Source of the DNA: Amphiscolops sp. MND2022
Taxonomy: Eukaryota
Length of the DNA: 64,000 nt
Assembly (NCBI GenBank): GCA_964187785.1
Contig: OZ076419.1
Location: 35,712,001-35,776,000, forward strand
Direction: 5' to 3'
A program made the translations under genes and the position numbers. Within the stretch, counting starts at the first letter, position 1. Each line of letters starts with the position of its first letter. The notes under the pieces were generated by a model, which saw only the letters and a program-made list of their open reading frames with translations, ran no database searches and was not told where the DNA came from. Shown here piece after piece: positions 1 through 12,045 of this stretch.

Positions 1-1562
1 CCCTACCTGGAACATTGCCTATATAACTGCAATCGTTGATAACTTTGAAAACATTACTTATTTTTGATATTTGCAACACATGTAAAACAATTTATGTATT
101 TGTATTTGTAGTGCGGTTAATATTTGACAGCAAGCTATGCTGACAGGCAGAAAGGAAACAAGTTCAAATGATTGCCTGTTCAGTATAGCTAACATAGCCG
201 CATACGGCGAATTAGCCAATCAGAGCTTTCTAGTCATATTTATAGTTGCTGTAATACATTCATTTACTAATCGGAATGGACCGACACGGCCACTTGGCCT
301 AAGCGGTCTAATTGCATTTTGTTGATATTCTGTGTTATTATTGAATGAATAGAACAAAACGAGTACGGCTTTAATGACTAAATAGCCTCACTCATCAAAA
401 CGTTATTAGTGCTATTATAAAGAAATGAGGCCCGATACGGCCAGCAGACTAAATGAATACTCCCATTCATCAGAACCAAAACGAAATCGATGCTACCTTT
501 GATGATGTTATGATGAAATATATGTTATGAATTGCAGAGTATTCAACCTCATGTAAATATTAATATGTAGTGTTGTTTCCCGTTCATATAATTGAATGGA
601 GTTGAATAGTCCCTTGCGGCCACAAACCGTACAGGGTCAGCATGAATTGTTACGCATGTAAAACTGTTGCATACATGAATTTATGCTTGTAAACTATCTG
701 ACCTATACGCGGTGTGTCCTTGTCGGGCACTTTGATCTAGCCGCCCGCACAAACCTACGGTTGCTATTTATAGTCTTGTTGTATCTATTTTTAGCTTGTG
801 TGCTTTTTTTAGTAGCATGACTGTCAAAATCACGGATGTGATGCTAACTTGCGTATAAATATGCCCTCACAATTAATCATCCTAGGGATACGCTTATTGT
901 TCAGTTGCTCTTATACAAGTTGTACAAGGTTTACTGTGAAACCTAGTTCATATTGTCTACAGGAACAATTTAATTATTTTCTCCTGGTTAAATATTTTCA
1001 ATGCCCTCCACAAGGTGACAAAAGGCCAAGGCCAGAAAGTCAAGAGAACTAGATATGCTTTCTGATTACGGCAATATGGGCGTAATGTTAGATGAAGGAA
1101 ATTCCAATTCTATAGAAAGAGAATTGGACAGTCTGATTAATGTCCCTGAAGGGCAGCATGACTTTCAGTCCTTCCCGAACAGAGAAAATTCATCTCAAGA
1201 ATATGAAATTAGGGATATCGATAGTGAAAATGTGCCTGTTAGAGAAAGTAGACTAATGGAGTCGATAATTAAGTTGTCTGGAGAAATGAATGCTAGGATG
1301 CAAAGTGAAATGGAGACAATGATGGACCTAATGCACACACAAAATGGCAGGGCCATTAGCTCTGCCATAAGTGAGAGATTCATTCCAGAGATACAAAACT
1401 TGGTGGAAAATTTGCCTTTGAGTCAACATGGCGTTGAGCCGTGCACGTCCACAAACGAGGATGGAATTAGGAATGTATGGAAGAACGCAAATACAAAATT
1501 AACAAAGAAGGACTCAAGGTCCGTTTGTGATTTAAGGGATCATGCGGGCAACGTTCCTTACA
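1..1562 (+). repeat. 5' LTR of element A (start not in window)
   Basis: Positions ~780-1562 are repeated at 13436-15901, and homology stops at CA 15901, exactly before the TGG of the PBS. That 1-780 also belongs to the LTR is inferred from the ~1.7 kb LTR length of element B. Confidence 0.8.
854..860 (+). promoter_or_regulatory. Putative LTR TATA box (TATAAAT)
   Basis: About 147 nt upstream of the gag ATG (1001); retained in array copies at 14267 and 15183. Confidence 0.5.
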
Positions 1563-1575
1563 TGGTGACAGGAGC
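1563..1575 (+). promoter_or_regulatory. Primer binding site TGGTGACAGGAGC
   Basis: Directly abuts the LTR-terminal CA; identical in element B; 11/13 match to the PBS expected for metazoan tRNA-Leu(CAG) (TGGTGTCAGGAGT). Primer identity not established. Confidence 0.8.
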
Positions 1576-2655
1576 TAACGAACTCCAACAGCAGGTTCCT
1601 GAATTCCTCACAGGACGAATTCACTCTCAACCAGACCTTCAGAGACAAGAATCCACGCATGATACAACCCTGGACACAACTCTACCTGTGGCGGAGCCCG
1701 TTACAGCCGAACAGCCACAAGACCCCATCAACCGACTGACAGATGTCTTCGTAAATCTCCAAAACAAACCACAATCAATGAAAATTCGACCAGTCACGAC
1801 GAACCCCGTGACTTTCGATGGCAAAACAGAGAAATTCGAACTGTTTGAAGATCTATTTCATACGATGATCAAAATGCAGCCCGCCATGACTGAACAGATG
1901 AAAATTATTCATTTTCATTCACTACTTAGAAAGGGGGCTCTACAAACATTTCGTAACATAAACTCTAGAAACCGTCAAACACTGGAGGACGTATTAGTCA
2001 ACTTTCGCAAAAAATACGTCAAACCCGAGTCTCAAGCCAAAGCTAAACATAAGTGGCATCAACTTATTTTTGATCCCAATACGATGGTATTGCCCAACTT
2101 TCTCGAAGAACTTAACCAGGGTGCCGAGAAAGCCTTTGGAGAGAATGCTAAAAGCATGCCAAATTACCACCCAAACTCAAGCGATCGGTAAATATGGCCA
2201 GGCTAGAAAATGGGACATATGAGGTAATTGTGGCACATCTTGAAAGAGAACTTGAATTAAATGCCTTAGAAGAATCTGACGATTTACCCCTTGCCACAAT
2301 AGCTTCATCGTCAGGTAAGGCGCGAAACTTACTATCCAATGGCATTGATACCAACAAGAATAACCAATGCTCATACTGCCAAGCCGAAGACCATTCCCGG
2401 AAAAATTGCCCAAAACTCAAAAAGAAAGAAAGAAATGGAACCAAAAATGGCAAGAAGCCTCAACGCCCAACTTATCCAGAATGTCCCACCTGCAGCAAAA
2501 CTAATCACCCGGAAGAGAAATGTTGGCGTGGTGCCGGGGCCCACCTTCGTCCCAAACGGAATAGACAGGACTCCAAAAATACGGAGCCCTCTGAAGACGA
2601 AGACACCCGCACCAAAAACGAAAAACCCACAATCCAGTTTAAAGAAGCCTGATTC

Positions 2656-2665
2656 AAAAAACTAA
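2656..2665 (+). promoter_or_regulatory. -1 ribosomal frameshift site A-AAA-AAC followed by the gag stop
   Basis: TCA AAA AAC TAA in the gag frame; the -1 frame reads KKLILPRLQICDR into ORF 2668. Same motif in element B at 34210-34219. Confidence 0.75.
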
Positions 2666-5600
2666 TTTTGCCACGACTCCAAATATGTGATCGAATGTCG
2701 ATACAACAATATGTCATATCCGAACCCCCCAGCGTAACGTACAAACAATATTACAATGACATCAATGGAACACCATCAGTTGTCTGGCAGCAACAGTTGG
2801 AAAATGCCTATATTAAAACGTACAAAATGGTCCATAACGACCGCCCAGACCGATACTACGACATGGACTTTAGTGCAGCTTTTGAAACACGATTCAGACC
2901 GCTTCAACAAATCGAAGGTTATGACCCTCACTATATTGATCCTGAATATGGAGTAGACCCTTACTGGGACAATTCCCTCTATGACCAACAAAATTTGCAA
3001 TTCAAACGTGACGATTATCCACCAACAGATGATGAGGATGACCCCGAAACACCAGATAACAATAAATCAAGGGCGCTCATAGAATTGTGGCAGCCCTAAT
3101 TCTGAAATCACCAATGCAGAGGAAATAGAGGAACCAATTGTTGAGATTGGACTCCAATCCCAACCAGGTCTATTAGACGAATCAGCCTTCTTACATGTCC
3201 TAGTAACTAAAGAAAGGGAACCAGCATTTATACATTATCCACAAACCTTGGACTCAAATACAAAAGTCAGATGCTATATTTCCCGATGGACTTTGGGGAA
3301 CTAACCATAGACGGCCTCATAGACACTGGAGCCTTATCCAATGCACTTTCAGAAGCAGACCTCAGGAAAATACGCCTATTGGCGACCCTATCCTTAGTCA
3401 AAGAAGGACTTGCTCCAACATTTCAAATCATGGTCGCAAATGGGCAATTGGAAACCCCAAAAAGCACTGTTGAACGCAAGTTCGAAGGTAGAGACATTGA
3501 ATTCCATGAAATATTTATAGTAATGGATAAACTGACTGGCTCCATCATAAGCCTAACGTTCTCCAAAGAAATCATACAGTCCTGGACATGCGACAAGGCA
3601 TACTCAACTTCCCATAGGTATCCATGCAACTTTAAACGGCCGACCATAAATACTCTAACTTCATGGAACCTATACTTAACCCAGACGATGTCACAATATC
3701 GCCCAATGACCGTATCCTAGTAGAGATCAAATCCCAGATCTACAATGAAAACACTGTCACAGGGGTGTTACAACCCAGTGATCTCCTCCAAGAGGAACGC
3801 GATATCACATTTTGCGCCGCAAAAGGCACTTTGACTAATGGAACCGTCAACATCCATATCAAAAACTTCACAGATCAGCCTTACAAACTCAAGAAAGGAC
3901 TACACATAGCAAACTTCTCAGTATTAACACCGGAACAAATGAAGCACGTTAAACTAATCGACCCAGAGTCCACTTGGCACCTCCTCAACGAAAATGAGGA
4001 GGATGCGATCTATTATGTCAGTAGTCTACTCAAGGCCAACCGAAAGAATGATCAATACGAACAATACTGGTTTTTAACACCAGAAAACCCATGGGACGAA
4101 GATTCCCACACCACTATACAACGAATAATTCTACGAGAACTACGAAATCTCCGAGAAGCAGATCAACTAAATCCTCAGAATGATAAAGAATCACGCCGTA
4201 AATTTCTCAGTAATTTCGATTGGAAAGACTCGATGCTGCAACAACATGAAATTAAAAAGATCGAATCGCTCCTAGTTGAATGCCACGATATATTTGCAAG
4301 ACACCGATTTGACATCAGGATGAATGAAGAATTCACGGTCAAACTCACCCCTAAAGACGATTCGCCTGCCTATAGCCAAAGTCTTCCAACTACAGTCAAC
4401 CTGAAGGTAGACATACTTGTCGAGCCGGCCCTCCTACACAAACATGGCATAATAACCACACTGCCGTTTTCCAAAGATGCCAGCCCCATATTTGCACAGA
4501 AAAAACCGAACGGGAAGCTATGACTACTAGTCGATCTGAGGAAAATTAACAACCTCATCTCGGATGATTACATGAATAACAATCAGTCAGTTAGTACCCT
4601 AACAGACGCTGCGCAACATATGGCAGGAAAGAAACTGTTCTGTAAACTCGATTGTTCACAGGCATATCACTGCCTTCCAATGGCGAACCAAAAGTCCATT
4701 GAGATGCTTGCGTTCAATTTCGCAAGCCGCCCCTTTGCCTACAGGAGATTCGCGCAGGGCCTTAGCAGAGCCTTATCGGCATTTTCAAGCTTCATGCGAG
4801 AATACCTCGATGAAGTTAATAAAGCCGACCAATGTGCCCAATATGTCGACGACATAGGCATAGCTGCCAATGACGCTAATCACATCATCACCAACCTAAA
4901 AGCAACATTTGAATGCATCAGAAAAGCGGGACTCAAACTAACATTGCATGAATGCCACTTTGGGGCAACAGAAAAACAGAAATCGATTTTCTAGGAAGAA
5001 AAATCACTCCCGAAGGCGCCAAACCACAAAAGGAATGAATGACAACTTTCCTGGAACAACAAAATTCCCTAAATCCAAAAAACACTACAGCGTTACCTTG
5101 GATTCCTGAACTACTACAGGAACTACATCCCAAGGCTGTCTGAAAGTGTAGCCCCTATCTTCCAACTCCTCAAAAAGGACGAAAAGGTCCTAGTGACCAC
5201 AGAGCTAGTACAACAATTTAACGAAATTAATCAAGACCTTGACAAGTGTAGTCAACTGGCCCTTAAGCAACCACTACCAAACAAGCAACTAGTCCTCATG
5301 ACATATGATAGCTTTACAGCGGCCGGATACGCCATAATTACTGAGGACGACCCAAACCAAAAATATTCATACGTCAAAAAATCATACGCTCCAATTGCAT
5401 ATTGCCCAAAGACTTTTACCCCATCACAACTCAAAATGTCAAAATACGCCAAGGAATTCTTAGCGATCTACTATGCATTCAAAGAACTTGGACATATTTT
5501 CTGGGGAGCGACCAAACCGATCACTATTCTTACAGACAACAAATCGGTCACGAGATTCTTTCAGACGAAAATAATTCCTCCGGCACTCTGGAACACAAGT

Positions 5601-7884
5601 GACTATGTAATACAATTCAACTTTGTCATAGCACATTTTCCAGGGAAAAACAATACAGCAGCCGACTATTTATCGCGTACGGAAACGGACCCCAAAAAGA
5701 AACTAGTTCTAAAAATCCGCGAAGATTTAGAGACTAAACCTATTGAGGTAAACGACCAATACGCAGACGTGGCAGAAGAAGAACAGGTTTTCTTCACGGA
5801 ACACGATGATGAGACAGAAGCCCAAATTAGGGAACGTAAAAAACAAAGCCGTAATAACTTGATCGACCAAGAAGTCGTAATTCAAATCGACGCAATATCT
5901 GAGAACATAGTAGATGAAATCACAAACTTTACTCAAAAACTGCGCAGAACGAATCAAATCTTGCACGAACAATCCAAAGACCCTATATTGCGTCAACTCA
6001 AAGCCAAAATTCGGAACGAAGAATATTCTGAATAAGTACTCCAACAAGATTTTCGCTATAAACATTATCTTAACAATTAGGACCGAATAGTCCTGAAAGA
6101 CGAAATATTCACACGACGGTACTATGATGAAACTGGTCAAGTCAATTACCACCAGATACTCCTACCAAAACACTTACTAAAAGAACTTTTATATGCATTA
6201 CATAGAACCGCGCACAAATATCCGGGCATATCTAAAATGCTACAGGAAATTCGCCAGAAATCTTACTACCCCGGAAGAACAAAACATGTCAAACCATGGA
6301 TAGAAGGATGCGAAACTTGCGCGAAAGACAAGCGTGTTCCAAACAACTCAATAACTCCCGAATTGCTCAACTTGCCCGACCAGAGGACGCAATGCAAATT
6401 GACTTCTTATCAAATTAACTAACAAATGGAGGCTACCAAACCGTGATGACAGCGATAGACTTTTTCTCTAGACATCTTTTTGCCTACCCGTTAGTTGAAG
6501 CTATCGCTTCGAACACGGCAAAGGTCTTGATTGACATCATGACAAAACACACATATCTGCCGACTACACTCATCACTGACAAAGGAACTGCTTGCACAAC
6601 AAAACGCTTTGCAGAAATTACGGAAACACTCGGAATTACATAAAAATGTGCAACTACTAAACACCCGTAAACGATTGGCAAACTTGGAAAGACTCATGCC
6701 TCACTCAAAATGAATTTGAAAATAGCCTCAGATGAATATCGCCGACAAGGGCGTTAATACTTATTACTGGACGTACTCAACTACTTACCACTCCAGTATT
6801 GGTTGTGAGCCAAGTAAGGTCTTCCATGGACGGATTCCCTATAATGCCCTAGATCATCAACTTGGAAAAAATCCCAACAAGGATTTCTTGCCTACGACAG
6901 AATTCGCAGAAGAGTTACAACAGAGAACGCAAATTCTCATTGACAAAGCGAAGCATAATAATATGCAGTCATACCTGAAATACAAGGAGTATTACGACCG
7001 AAAAGCCAAGGCAGCTCCTCTGAGTGAACAAGATTTTTGTTTTTTTGCAGCCTAAAGCAGATAATCAGGGATCAAAAATACCGTTCAGGGAGTATCGCTG
7101 GATCGGTCCTTATCGAATTGAAAAGGTATTATCTAATGACAACTATGTTGTTCGCCGGTTAAATACGTATAAAACGCAGATATTACACCGAATCCGTCTG
7201 AAAAAATTTGTTCCAAATACACCTTTAGAGGACAAATGTTCCGAAGAGAAATTGCAACCTGATGATGAAATAATCATTCCGCAAGATGATTTATATGCCA
7301 TCTGATGGGAGGCAAACCTCGATTACCAAGTCTTCGAGCCGAGACGGGACGATAACACGAATGAAGAATCACAAACACCAGACAGCGATGCTAGTGGTAC
7401 AACTAGTGATTACGACATTTATGACAACGCTGATGACGACGCGACAAGGTCGGGAACGGCCACCAGCCGAGACGACATAATCTCGCGAGACGCAAATGAC
7501 GTCATCGAAACGAATGAACGAACCAGTATGAATGAAAATGAAGCAAGACCGCGTACGGCCACTAGCCGCGACGCGCCTGTTTTGAATGACGAAGATGACG
7601 TCAACGATAACACTGCAAAGAATAAACAAAGCAGCGAAATCAAAAGGCCGAATACGGCCACTAGCCAAGATAACCAGAATTCTGGCGACACGCCTACTGA
7701 AGCGCACAATGAAATTGATGATAGTACAAAAGATTCTCCCAAAAGAGGGGAGGATAATCCCAGGCCCGGAATATCCGATGATGCAATGAATGAAAAAATA
7801 GAGGAAAACTCTAGCCCTAGAGGAGGTAAATATAACCTTCGACCTAACTCCAATCCCAACTATACTGATGAATACAGATACTAG
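2666..7884 (+). pseudogene. pol: pol of element A: N-terminal acidic region, PR, dUTPase-like, RT, RNase H, integrase, acidic tail
   Basis: PR LIDTGA (~3320); RT FCKLDCSQAYH and QYVDDIG (~4640-4860); RH TYDSF...KEFLA...TDNK (~5300-5540); INT H..H/CETC then D..D core (6190-6700); WIGPY motif (~7100); tail ends PRGGKYNLRPN..YRY* at 7884. Confidence 0.93.
7451..7680 (+). repeat. Three 99-bp-periodic motifs (RxxTATSRD) in the integrase tail
   Basis: CGGCCAC(C/T)AGCC begins at 7457, 7556 and 7655. Confidence 0.7.
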
Positions 7885-8046
7885 CCAGGAATGTAAATTA
7901 CGGTCCCTTTTTCACTAATAGACGAAAACGGCATGTATTTTTATGGGACTGTTCTGACCAATACAATAACTGAACAATAACTAATAGACAAAACAAAAGA
8001 AATATACAATTACAGAACTGAAAACAGAATGTAGAACTTCCTTCTT

Positions 8047-11000
8047 TCAATTCTTTACGGCCTGTGAAGTTTCTGAAGGAGAAATACTCCCAAAGAAAGC
8101 AAGTTTGTGAGCCCGTCCAGAGCCATGAAGGACAGTACGGCCCACTGTGGAAGAAACGGACGAAGAACGAGATGGCAAAGTGACAACCTTACCTGGAGTA
8201 GATTTGAGCCCTTTGAAAGTGGTGGTCAAACTCTGTAGTAATGTAGACCGTCCAAAGGTATCCACATGTGCCCAAGGGTCCCCAGCGAACTGCCCAGAAT
8301 TAATTTGCTCATCCATCGCTCGCAACTTACTCATGGACGGTTCAGAAGTGCAGAGAAAAAAAGCTCCTGGGCAATTAGCCAGATAGGACTTCGCGGGCAA
8401 AAGCATATCAATAAGTCGGCATTTGGGATTGGAAGTATCCACCTCGTGGAATTTAATAGGTGGAAGACCTGTTCCGCTCTCAGTCAAACAAAGGCAACTC
8501 AGCCGGAAGAGGTAAAACAAATTCTTGCGACTTCGCAAGGCAGGAAGGACGATGAGGAAACCGACTACGTCTTTCACTAGGCCAGGCTGATCCTTAAGAT
8601 GAAGGAAACTAGTGCGGGAATACTCCACAAACTCCATATATTCATCCCGATAGTCGGACTCTGAGGCACGTTGGACACATCCACGCAAGCAGAAGGTTTG
8701 GAATAAGGCAGTAAAGCAAAAGCTTACTTGTTCCATGGGTAAGGAAACGAGAAAATGATGGTCGAAACAACTCATTCCATTGACGATATCAGCAATTAGG
8801 TGGACATCGCGCAACAGAGTCTCCAACAGATATTAAAAAATGCGAGCCTTTGCAGCAGAATTGTCACGTTCGCTAGTTATCAAGGCATCAATATCTCCGG
8901 AACTGCCCTCGACTTCACTTCGGGCATATTGGACTTTAGCCTTGCAGATGACATCAGTTTTGAGCTTCAGACGATTCAAGAAGTCCCGGTCAGAAAGCAT
9001 TCGAAGTCCTTCAGGATACAAATATAGTAACCCGGTCCAGTTGACGTCGCCGGGAATGCACTTGGGCAGGACGGCTCGGGAACAATGTTTTCGCAGGAAT
9101 TGGCAGAACTGTCCATAAACGAAGAAAGCCGCATCTCGGTGCCCAGCCAGACTGCTGTCAAAGCACTTGAAGTCTAAACATTACCTCTTTTCAGAAAGAA
9201 GAACACGGGAGTTGGAAGGTTATGAAAGAGTTATTCTCACAATCGCGAACAAGAAGACTGAAGATCTCCAATTTAATTACGAAGTACTCGTCCATCAGGA
9301 CCATCCACTCCATACTCTGTGGCTGCAATACAAAATAGAATAAAGATTCTGTAAAAGGGAACTCCAAACAAGGTTTTGAAGGTCATTACTTTCATTACAC
9401 TCAAAATTTGAGAAGTCCTGGGCTTATAAAGTGAAACGTGTTGTCTTTGAATTACGCATGTCACTAGATAACAACTAGAGCAGAATATGATATGTAAATT
9501 ACCCGATTTCTAACCCCTTGACCAGCTTGAGACGGAGCGTTCCGTGTTATGAAATCCCGGATGTTATGCCATTGTGTCACCATCTCAGTACATAGTGCAG
9601 GGATGCCCCGGAGATCCAAATCGCAAGCAGTGATTGCCTGGAAAACAGACATTTATCGCTAACAAATGACATCGGAGAGTGTGAAACTTGCTACCGTTAT
9701 AAGTGCCTGAAAACAATTCGCTACAAAAGAGGAAGAATATAACCTTCGAAAAATTTGGGTCCTCAAGCATCCAGACCTGATCCAGACTGTCATTGACGAA
9801 GACGACCATGTACTTCAACTGCGAAAAGAAGTCTATCTTCCCAAAAAAACTTTCGTACTTCTGGTGCATAAAGGCGTGGTAAAGACATAACTTCAAATCG
9901 GAAGGGGAATTGAACGGTGTGTTTGAATAGTCCACATTGGTCAAAGGTTTGCAATATAGCTGAAGGACAGCCGGAGATACTGACGAGATTGGGCTTTGCT
10001 GAGACGAAAGACAACAAACGTGCAACTGCTCCTAGGAAATTCCCTGGATAAGCTGACGCAAGGGGGTGACGACATAACTCCACTCGTTGGATGACATCAC
10101 CACTCCAGAATCGTACTGCCATGAAACAATGGCCTTTGCGGGTCGTAAACTCCAAAGAGTAGGTGCCTTCTTTGGTCACTTGGACAGCAATGTCCTCGGT
10201 ACAACGGAGGAAAATGTGGTGGAAGATTTTCTGGAAATCATTACAAATGAATCAACTAGACATGAGTACTCACCCTACCCGATTAATGAGGTAACACTTA
10301 CGGTGAGTTGTCAGATCCCCAATCGAAATCGGAGAAGAGCACTTGGTGGCTAGTGAAAGTCCCGAAACGAGTCCATAGACTCCGCAGCAAAGCCAAGTCT
10401 CCTCCGTGTGGTACGAAAAACCCGATAAGGGAGATCTGCGTAGTCATTCGCAATTCGTCCTGACTTGACGATCCAGCTAACGTGGAGATGTAGTCATCGA
10501 AGAAAGGAATTTTAACTCCTATGTCCACGAGAGGGACGTCGATGAACAATGGCTTTTCTTTCTCAAATCCTAATGGTGTAAGGATATATCCGTCTTTTCC
10601 TCGGACCTGGTGGGTAACCTTGCCAGTGTCAGTATCGACTTCGCTGAGGTGTTCGAACCTCCAACGTGCGTCCCGACGTAGATGTCCCTCAGTTTTGTAA
10701 TGACGTAAAACTTCCCGGGCACCTTTTGAGTAGATTGATATGTTAGCTTTACATATAGCTAACAGTAAAACTTGTACCGGTTGAGATGGGATCTAACGGC
10801 CCGGAGACGAAGGTTCTTGTCCATTGAATGCCTTTGAAATAGGCGTCTTTCATGACCTTGCCTGGTTTACTCAGCCTTTTCCTTCGTTTCCGTGGAGGGC
10901 TAGTAGTGACTGGCACGGGTGATTGCGCTTGGGAAAAGGACACTAAATGCCTATAGTCTCCACTGCTGTAGCTACTTCCAGAATTTGGGGTCAGTACTCT

Positions 11001-12045
11001 AGCGGGGTCAGGATTTTCAAGTGAGATGTTTAATGTTTTGGAGGGACGTACAAGTGGAGGGTTGCCCTCAGAAGCAGTCGCAATGTTTCCTAGATCCTCG
11101 TCTGAATTTATGGCTCCACTAGTGTACCCGTCACTTTCTGCAGCAGTACTTTCCCCTCTCAAACTCGATTCATACCCTCATACCCGGGGCCGGGCGTGCT
11201 TGCTCTTCGAGGAACATTCCGGGAGAGACGTTTGTCCAATGGAACACCCTCAGTTACCTTTATCACTAGTGACTTCATCATTTGGAATGATGAAATCACG
11301 GATTCGTCGGCGATGGTCCGTAGAATGGTGTGGACTTGGTTCTCACTGAATGCGACGGTTGCATGTCCGGCTGGAAGCTCGACTGGTACGTTGGTGGTGA
11401 AACACTTTCTGATGGCCTCTCTACCACTAGGAGTTAACTGTCTATCCGCAGTCATTACCGTGGTCCGGTAAAGTGCTTGTTCGGCATCACTCTTCCCAGA
11501 TGATTGGTATAACTCGTCATCCAAACTGGGAAAGACATTAGGACCAAGAGTGAACGTACCGGGCTTGGCAGATGGGAGGTCCACTCCGGAACTCTCGTAC
11601 AATTCTTCTACATCACTCGTGTCAAAGTAAAGTCCTCCTTTTGCGGGAGCTTCGGTTTCTACCCCTTCGGGATTTGAGTTGGCCTCAGTGGTTGCCTGTC
11701 CCACGGTTATCATTAGAGGAGAGGTTCAGACTCGGATGTTTTGGCTGCCACAGGAAACCTCTCTGTAACTGTTTGGTGTGTCTGCTCGAGTTGGGGTGCT
11801 GGATAACTAGAAACAGTCCTCTCAATAAAAGCAGTAACGCTCTCATCAGTAGAGCAACTCATGTTGGAAGCCTGAGATTCTGAGCGAACGTCCTTCTGTG
11901 GCTCTCCCTTCTCTTGAGTTTTCTCGTGTTCTTCAACGTCCTGGTTAACTACAGGGTTAGTGGATTCTGGCATGACCCCTTCGTTTGACATATCTGAACG
12001 AAAAGGGATAAACATCAGCGGATAAGTTCCCGAATACAAGTCCAT
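8047..12045 (-). pseudogene. Antisense cargo gene of element A (~1330 codons originally); BED-like zinc finger, putative hAT-transposase derivative
   Basis: Chain of minus-strand ORF pieces (11713-12171, 11159-11713, 10749-11162, 10298-10549, 9790-10179, 9585-10025, 9464-9652, 8976-9161, 8047-8826) collinear with plus-strand pieces in element B. Zinc finger C..ICKANISIYSKGAREVLRHYKTEGH at ~10680-10765. Confidence 0.75.

Larger units (their letters stand above)
1001..2665 (+). pseudogene. gag: gag of element A (starts in LTR; stop at codon 6; frameshifts)
   Basis: ATG CCC TCC ACA AGG TGA at 1001 versus intact MPSTRRQK in the copies at 14424/15340. ORFs 1055-2191, 2194-2652 and 2339-2665 give a capsid-like region (FDGKTEKFELFEDLF) and knuckles CSYCQAEDHSRKNC and CPTCSKTNHPEEKC. 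Confidence 0.88.

Noticed and set aside
7369-7859. Minus-strand ORFs of 112 and 146 aa
   Set aside because: Shadow frames of the low-complexity integrase tail; no independent motifs.
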